DNA of 49,353 nt from Flavobacteriales bacterium (GTDB lineage Bacteria; Bacteroidota; Bacteroidia; Flavobacteriales_D; Parvicellaceae): the NCBI GenBank assembly GCA_029244805.1, contig JAQWQH010000101.1:1-49353 (forward strand), in the 5' to 3' direction. The position numbers and the translations under genes were made by a program. The number at the start of each line of letters is the position of its first letter. The first letter of the stretch is position 1. The notes under the pieces are model-generated. The model saw nothing but the letters and a program-made list of their open reading frames with translations. It made no database searches and was not told where the DNA came from. Below are positions 18,813 to 24,260 of this stretch, in pieces.

Positions 18813-20122
18813 AAAATAATCAATTAGACAATTTTGAATCACTTATTAAATCCTCTTTGGATAAGCAAAGGGCAGTTTATGATTCGAATGATTGGAATAA
18901 ATTAAACAACAAGTTAGACCAAGTGAATAGACCATTTTATTCTTCTCCTTGGTTTATAGCTGCTTCAGTAGCTGCTGTTTTAGTATTGGCATATTTTGTA
19001 TCCACGCTTAAAACTGTTACTGAACCAACTCCGCTTGTAATAACTCCACAAGAAAATCAAATATCCGAGCGGAAAAAAGAGTCTGAAGCTGTCGCATTGA
19101 CTGAGAAAGAGCACAACGAAATAAAAGAAGTTTTTATTAAAGCTGACAAAGAAATTAGCAATAAAGAAAAAACAAACCGTAAAGAAGAAATCAAAAAGAA
19201 TACTAGTGAAACCAAAGCATCAGATACAAAAGAGGTTAAATCCCAAAATTTAGAAGACTCCACCATTTCTGAAGAGAACGGATTTATACCTCTTGATGAT
19301 GAATCTTCAGAAGAAGGTAATATTATTCCTGAGGAAATTGTAATCCTTGAAAAAGCCGATTTTCATATGAGCTCCTTTGATTGCTGCGAAGGAACAACTA
19401 TTGATTTTGTAGCCGAAAAACAAAACAATGTTGAATACTTGTGGAGTTTTGACGATGGGAATTACAGTAAAAAAGAAAACCCATCACATACATTTAATAA
19501 AGCTGGAAGTTATAAAGTAAGTTTAATTGTAAGATCTAAAAAAGATAATTCCGTTATGAACAGATCTAATGATCAACTATTAACTGTTTACCCTAAACCA
19601 ATTATTGAATTTGAATGGGAAATGAATGAAGAAAATGGAATTCCTTACACTTCCCTTATTAACTTGACGGAAAAAGCTGTTAATTGGACTTGGGATTTTG
19701 GTGATGGCACAATTTCAAATGAGAAAGGCCCAATTCACACCTATAGAAATAAGGGCCAGTATCTTGTAACATTAACTGCAACAAATAACGAACAATGTAA
19801 TAATACGATGAACAAGGAAATCATAGTCAATGAAGACTATAACCTCTTGGCACCTAACTCTTTTACTCCAAACGGAGATGGCCTAAATGATTATTTCTTA
19901 CCTGCTGCTCTAAATCGTTTAAATGGAAGTTTCACAATGACAATTTACAGTCAAACTGAAGGTTTGATATACGACACTAAAAACATTGACCAACCATGGG
20001 ATGGATCGAATCAAAAGTTAGGCACAAAATGCAAAGAAGGCAGTTACGTTTGGGTTGTAAAACTTACAAACGAAAAGGGTCAAACCGAACAATACAAAGG
20101 AGTAATACTATTGTTGAAATAA
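18809..20122 (+). CDS. single-pass membrane protein with two PKD domains and a T9SS type-B (gliding-motility-associated) C-terminal sorting domain; putative anti-sigma factor
   Basis: ATGA overlap with the sigma gene. About 46 hydrophilic residues precede a TM (residues 47-65, PWFIAASVAAVLVLAYFVS). A K/E-rich linker (~85-150) follows. There are two PKD-like units (WSFDDGN...SHTFNKAGSYKVSL; WDFGDGT...HTYRNKGQYLVTL). The C-terminus reads NLLAPNSFTPNGDGLNDYF...YKGVILLLK. Confidence 0.75.
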   Translation: MKNNQLDNFESLIKSSLDKQRAVYDSNDWNKLNNKLDQVNRPFYSSPWFIAASVAAVLVLAYFVSTLKTVTEPTPLVITPQENQISERKKESEAVALTEKEHNEIKEVFIKADKEISNKEKTNRKEEIKKNTSETKASDTKEVKSQNLEDSTISEENGFIPLDDESSEEGNIIPEEIVILEKADFHMSSFDCCEGTTIDFVAEKQNNVEYLWSFDDGNYSKKENPSHTFNKAGSYKVSLIVRSKKDNSVMNRSNDQLLTVYPKPIIEFEWEMNEENGIPYTSLINLTEKAVNWTWDFGDGTISNEKGPIHTYRNKGQYLVTLTATNNEQCNNTMNKEIIVNEDYNLLAPNSFTPNGDGLNDYFLPAALNRLNGSFTMTIYSQTEGLIYDTKNIDQPWDGSNQKLGTKCKEGSYVWVVKLTNEKGQTEQYKGVILLLK

Positions 20123-20527
20123 AAAATAATAACCTATTATGTAATGCCGTTGGAATGACTTTCACTCAAATCTTGTTCAACCACATTGCACGAAGCAAAC
20201 TGTTAATATTTCAACAGGAAAGAAAGTAAAAACGAAAAATAACTAACTTTCTAAATTCTGATATCTACTATCCCTGAAAAGTCTGTTTTACGAAATTTAT
20301 TTATCTTATTTCAGAAGATTTCTTTGCTTATATTAGATTGTATTTGGAGGCAATTTCTCTAAGTAATGGTTGGATAGACAACCAACTACAAAGTCGGAAA
20401 ACTAAAAAAGCTGTGCTAATGGACTGCAATAAATTGGATTACTCTTTGTTCGATAAATAAGCCACTAATATTGTAACCCTAAACTAAATATTAAAGTATG
20501 AATCTAGAATATTTCAGATGATTAGCT

Positions 20528-20552
20528 GCAACAATCTTGAATTTATATCGTC
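20528..20552 (+). promoter_or_regulatory. candidate ECF-type promoter (GCAAC-N16-CGTC) upstream of the T9SS cargo operon
   Basis: tGCAACaatcttgaatttatatCGTCtgata, ending 65 nt upstream of the ATG at 20618. Both half-sites and the spacing are identical to the site at 18208-18232. Confidence 0.4.
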
Positions 20553-20617
20553 TGATAATCGTTAATATATATTAACCTGAACATCAAGAGTTAATAAAAA
20601 TAAAATATCTTTACCTA

Positions 20618-20962
20618 ATGAACATACTGTATCCAACAATTTTACTCTTACTCTCTTTACCTGTAAAGGATTTATCAGCTCAAACGTCTGAAAGTAAATT
20701 TGTTCAATTCATGATGACAAATGTCGATTCAAGAGAAAAAGTATTGGAAATAGATGAATTTATGCGTAGTCAGCAAGGAGTTGAAATTTCTAGAGCCGAC
20801 CTGGTTAGTAAAAAATATTTATGCATTTATGAATCTACAAGTGGTTTAGACAGAGTCAGATTTGAAACATGGATGGAGGATTTAGGGGTTGAAATCAAAT
20901 GTTTCAGAGAAGGTAAATTCGGTACAGACAAAGTAATTGATCAAAAAATGGACTGCGAATAG
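20618..20962 (+). CDS. small secreted protein of unknown function
   Basis: 114 aa with a signal peptide (MNILYPTILLLLSLPVKDLSAQ). It is the first gene of the tightly packed operon. I recognise no family. Confidence 0.5.
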   Translation: MNILYPTILLLLSLPVKDLSAQTSESKFVQFMMTNVDSREKVLEIDEFMRSQQGVEISRADLVSKKYLCIYESTSGLDRVRFETWMEDLGVEIKCFREGKFGTDKVIDQKMDCE

Positions 20963-20964
20963 TT

Positions 20965-22767
20965 ATGAAATACTACATACATACACTACTTATATTCGTT
21001 GTCTTAGCTATTACTAATGACAGCTATTCCCAATGGGGAGATTGTGACAATTCAATTGAAGCATGCACCAATCCCTCATTTGCTGTAACCCCAAATGGTT
21101 TTGGCGCTATCGAAGAATTTCAATCAGGAACCATTACAAATCCTAGTTCCAATCCAAATGCAACCCCTGGAAACAGCGGATGTTTGCTTTCTGGAGAATT
21201 AAATAGTACATGGCTTTTAATTACTGTAACGTCCCCGGGAACACTAGAGTTTAGCATGGGCGATTTAGCTTCACCTGGCTGTTTTGACTGGATTATGTGG
21301 CCATACGATGCTAATACATGCGACGATATATTTAATAATGTGCTTCCTCCAGTTGCGTGTAATTGGAATGGGGCCTGCAGTGGCCTAACCGGAATGGCAA
21401 ATATTTTACCTATTGGTGCCAGTCAAGGAGATTTTGAAAATGAACTTAATGTTAATGCAGGGGATCAATTTATGATTTGTTTGTCGAACTACGGAGGAGC
21501 AAACACCAACATTCCTCTTAATTTCTTTGGAACAGCAGGAACAACTTGTGGTGGAGCAATTGATGCAACAATATGTGAAGGTGATACGGCGACAATATCA
21601 GCGCTCGACGGAGTAGCATATGTTTGGGAAATAGCAACATTTGGATTTATTACAACCAATGCTTCTGGAGATACGGCTTATGTAAATCCATCTACAACAA
21701 CAAGCTACCCTGTAGTCATAGAATTTGCTGACGGAACCTTCGCAAACGACACTGCTGTGGTTACTGTTATTCCTGCAATCAATGCTTCAGCAACAGTTAT
21801 AGAAGAGCAATGTTTTGGGGACGATACTGCAAGCATCACTATTGACACACCTGGCGGTACAGCGCCATTTGCTTTTACTTTAACTGGCCCTACCTCAAGT
21901 AATAACACCAATGGAATTTTCTCAAATTTACCCTCAGGAAATTATACAGTTGACATTACAGATGATACAGGTTGCTCAGATCAAATAATATTAACGGTCA
22001 ATCCAGGTCCATTGTGCTGTGACATAACTATATCAACTACTGGTGATTCCGTTAATTGTCAAGCGGACTGCTCAGGAATGGTTGTAGTTGATACAGCAAA
22101 CTCTCATCCTCCAGTCAACATCCAATGGTTTGATGAAAACGACAATCCAATTATTGGAGCTTTCAATGATACGCTATTTTCAGCGTGTACTGGGACGTAC
22201 TATGTTGAAGTTTCCGATATTGTTTGTATGAAAAGGGATACAGCAACTATTGGCATAAGCCTGCAGTTACCCACTGCAGTTTCCTCTAATGACACTACTA
22301 TTTCTGTTGAACAAGAAGTACCTCTTTGGTCATCAGGAGGATCCAGCTATATTTGGACTCCAGACACTTACCTAGACTGTTCAGATTGCGAAAACCCTAT
22401 TTCTACACCCGGAAATGATATCACCTACATTATTACAGTCACAGACTCTTTGGGCTGCAGTGTTGAAGACACAATAGAGGTAACTGTTATTTACTATCCA
22501 CTTTTTATTCCAAACGGATTCTCTCCAAATAACGATAATGAAAATGACATTCTTTTTGTCAGAGGTGCTGGTCTTGAATCTATTCAAATGCATATATTTG
22601 ATAAATGGGGTAATCTGGTTTTTGAGACATTAGACATTGAACAAGGTTGGGATGGAACCTTTAATGGGAAACCTGTAAATACTGGAGTTTATGTATATAG
22701 AATGGATGCTACATTGAAAAATGGAGAAACGCTAATGGAATCTGGGAACATAACATTGTTTAGATAG
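20965..22767 (+). CDS. T9SS type-B sorting-domain cargo protein with a Cys-rich N-terminal module and SprB-type repeats
   Basis: Signal peptide. SprB-repeat-like unit (CFGDDTASITIDTPGGTAPFAFTLTGP...FSNLPSGNYTVDITDDTGC) plus a second degenerate unit. The C-terminus PLFIPNGFSPNNDNENDILFVRG...GNITLFR is a variant type-B CTD. Confidence 0.8.
   Translation: MKYYIHTLLIFVVLAITNDSYSQWGDCDNSIEACTNPSFAVTPNGFGAIEEFQSGTITNPSSNPNATPGNSGCLLSGELNSTWLLITVTSPGTLEFSMGDLASPGCFDWIMWPYDANTCDDIFNNVLPPVACNWNGACSGLTGMANILPIGASQGDFENELNVNAGDQFMICLSNYGGANTNIPLNFFGTAGTTCGGAIDATICEGDTATISALDGVAYVWEIATFGFITTNASGDTAYVNPSTTTSYPVVIEFADGTFANDTAVVTVIPAINASATVIEEQCFGDDTASITIDTPGGTAPFAFTLTGPTSSNNTNGIFSNLPSGNYTVDITDDTGCSDQIILTVNPGPLCCDITISTTGDSVNCQADCSGMVVVDTANSHPPVNIQWFDENDNPIIGAFNDTLFSACTGTYYVEVSDIVCMKRDTATIGISLQLPTAVSSNDTTISVEQEVPLWSSGGSSYIWTPDTYLDCSDCENPISTPGNDITYIITVTDSLGCSVEDTIEVTVIYYPLFIPNGFSPNNDNENDILFVRGAGLESIQMHIFDKWGNLVFETLDIEQGWDGTFNGKPVNTGVYVYRMDATLKNGETLMESGNITLFR
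22267..22764 (+). repeat. C-terminal 166-codon module shared with 26606-27103
   Basis: Gapless protein alignment of residues 435-600 with residues 784-949 of the 949-aa protein. 108/166 are identical by hand count. Confidence 0.8.
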
Positions 22768-22769
22768 AT

Positions 22770-23837
22770 ATGAGAATATACCTACTTTCAATAACGATAT
22801 TGGCAATATTTACAGGGCATGCGCAGGACACTGAGTTTTCTCAGTTCAACAGTACGCCGTTGATTCAGAACCCTGCAAACACAGGCATGGGCAGAGGATA
22901 CAATAGAGCGAATTTATTGTACCACTCGCAGCATACTACAACTGGAAATGTTTATTCCACTATGTACGCATCTGCTGATGCCCCTATATTTTCCCATAAA
23001 ATGAAAAGAGCAAGTGGGTTATTTGCAACTGGATTACATTTCTACAACAACACTGAAGGTGATGCCAAACTGAGCACACTTAATGTAGGGCTCACTATTG
23101 CTGGTCATGTTGACTTAGATTATTACAATAAAGGAAGTGTGGGAATTCAAGGAACCTATAATCAACAATCATACAATACAAACGCAATTCAATGGGACAG
23201 CCAATATAATGGAACTTCCTATGACCCTACTTTACCCTCTAATGAAAATTTTTCCGGGAATAGTAATGTGTTTTTTAATATGGGAGTTGGCCTTTTATGG
23301 AAACATTTTTCTAGAGAAGAAAATCTAACCGGTATTGACAAAGGTAGTTTTCAAATTGGATACAGTTTAGTTAATATCACTAGACCATCTTTATCTTTGA
23401 TGAACAATTCAGACAAACAATACTTTAAGCACAATGCGCATTTTAAAAGTCTTTTTGCAATTGGCGAAAAGCACATAGGAGTTGCTCCTTCAGGAATGTT
23501 TTTAATGCAGGGTCCTCATATTGAATATTCAATAGGTAGTGCATTTCTATTTTATCTCAAGTCGGACACGAAATATACTGGATTCATTAAGGAAGCATAT
23601 GTTGGTATGACTATGCATTATAGAAATACAGATGCAATTATACCTGGAATAGTAATTAAGGTTTCTGATATTATTATAGGTATGTCTTATGATTATAGTA
23701 TTGGGAAATTGCAAAACTTTAATGGAGGAATGGGTGGATTTGAATTTTCTCTACAGTTTAATGACACCTATGGAACATTATTCAATCAAGGGAATATGCA
23801 CGTAACAAATGGTGCACAAAACTCCAGAAAATTATAG
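22770..23837 (+). CDS. PorP/SprF-family T9SS membrane protein
   Basis: Signal peptide, then the family-typical N-terminus QDTEFSQFNSTPLIQNPANTGM. About 355 aa with beta-barrel-like alternation. It lies 2 nt downstream of a type-B CTD cargo gene, as in the sprB-sprF arrangement. Confidence 0.8.
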   Translation: MRIYLLSITILAIFTGHAQDTEFSQFNSTPLIQNPANTGMGRGYNRANLLYHSQHTTTGNVYSTMYASADAPIFSHKMKRASGLFATGLHFYNNTEGDAKLSTLNVGLTIAGHVDLDYYNKGSVGIQGTYNQQSYNTNAIQWDSQYNGTSYDPTLPSNENFSGNSNVFFNMGVGLLWKHFSREENLTGIDKGSFQIGYSLVNITRPSLSLMNNSDKQYFKHNAHFKSLFAIGEKHIGVAPSGMFLMQGPHIEYSIGSAFLFYLKSDTKYTGFIKEAYVGMTMHYRNTDAIIPGIVIKVSDIIIGMSYDYSIGKLQNFNGGMGGFEFSLQFNDTYGTLFNQGNMHVTNGAQNSRKL

Positions 23838-23840
23838 TTA

Positions 23841-24260
23841 ATGAAATTAAATATATTACTCTTCGCCTTGGTGATTGCTTACAATTCTTTTGGTCAAAAT
23901 ATAAGCCCAAAGATAATTGAGTCTTTAGGAGCTGAAAAAGCGCATGATTTATTTTCAAATAATCTGGAAAAATATAATCATTTAATGGACTTCATTGATC
24001 ACTCGTGGTATGTTCAAGATGTTTCTTTTAAAGACTTATCAGATTTAAAGGATTTCAGAACTGTTCCCTTTAAGGGCACTGGCAGCAATTTATTTGATGA
24101 TGGGCAAAATTTCCGAATAGAAAATTTCAATCCACTTCTTTACGAAATTAAAATTAAAGATAAATATCCCACAGTTTATAAACTAGGAGAAACTGGAAAA
24201 ATAATTGTTTTCTATTCACGAGAATATTTCATTGAAAAAGCTAAGGAAACTAAATTATGA
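23841..24260 (+). CDS. small secreted protein of unknown function
   Basis: 139 aa with a signal peptide (MKLNILLFALVIAYNSFGQ). Its stop overlaps the next gene's start (ATGA at 24257-24260). Confidence 0.5.
   Translation: MKLNILLFALVIAYNSFGQNISPKIIESLGAEKAHDLFSNNLEKYNHLMDFIDHSWYVQDVSFKDLSDLKDFRTVPFKGTGSNLFDDGQNFRIENFNPLLYEIKIKDKYPTVYKLGETGKIIVFYSREYFIEKAKETKL

Noticed and set aside
20418-20459. A 13-codon mini-ORF (MDCNKLDYSLFDK) in the 495-nt gap, considered as a leader peptide.
   Set aside because: There is no recognisable ribosome-binding context, attenuator structure or conservation evidence. Short ORFs like this are expected by chance.
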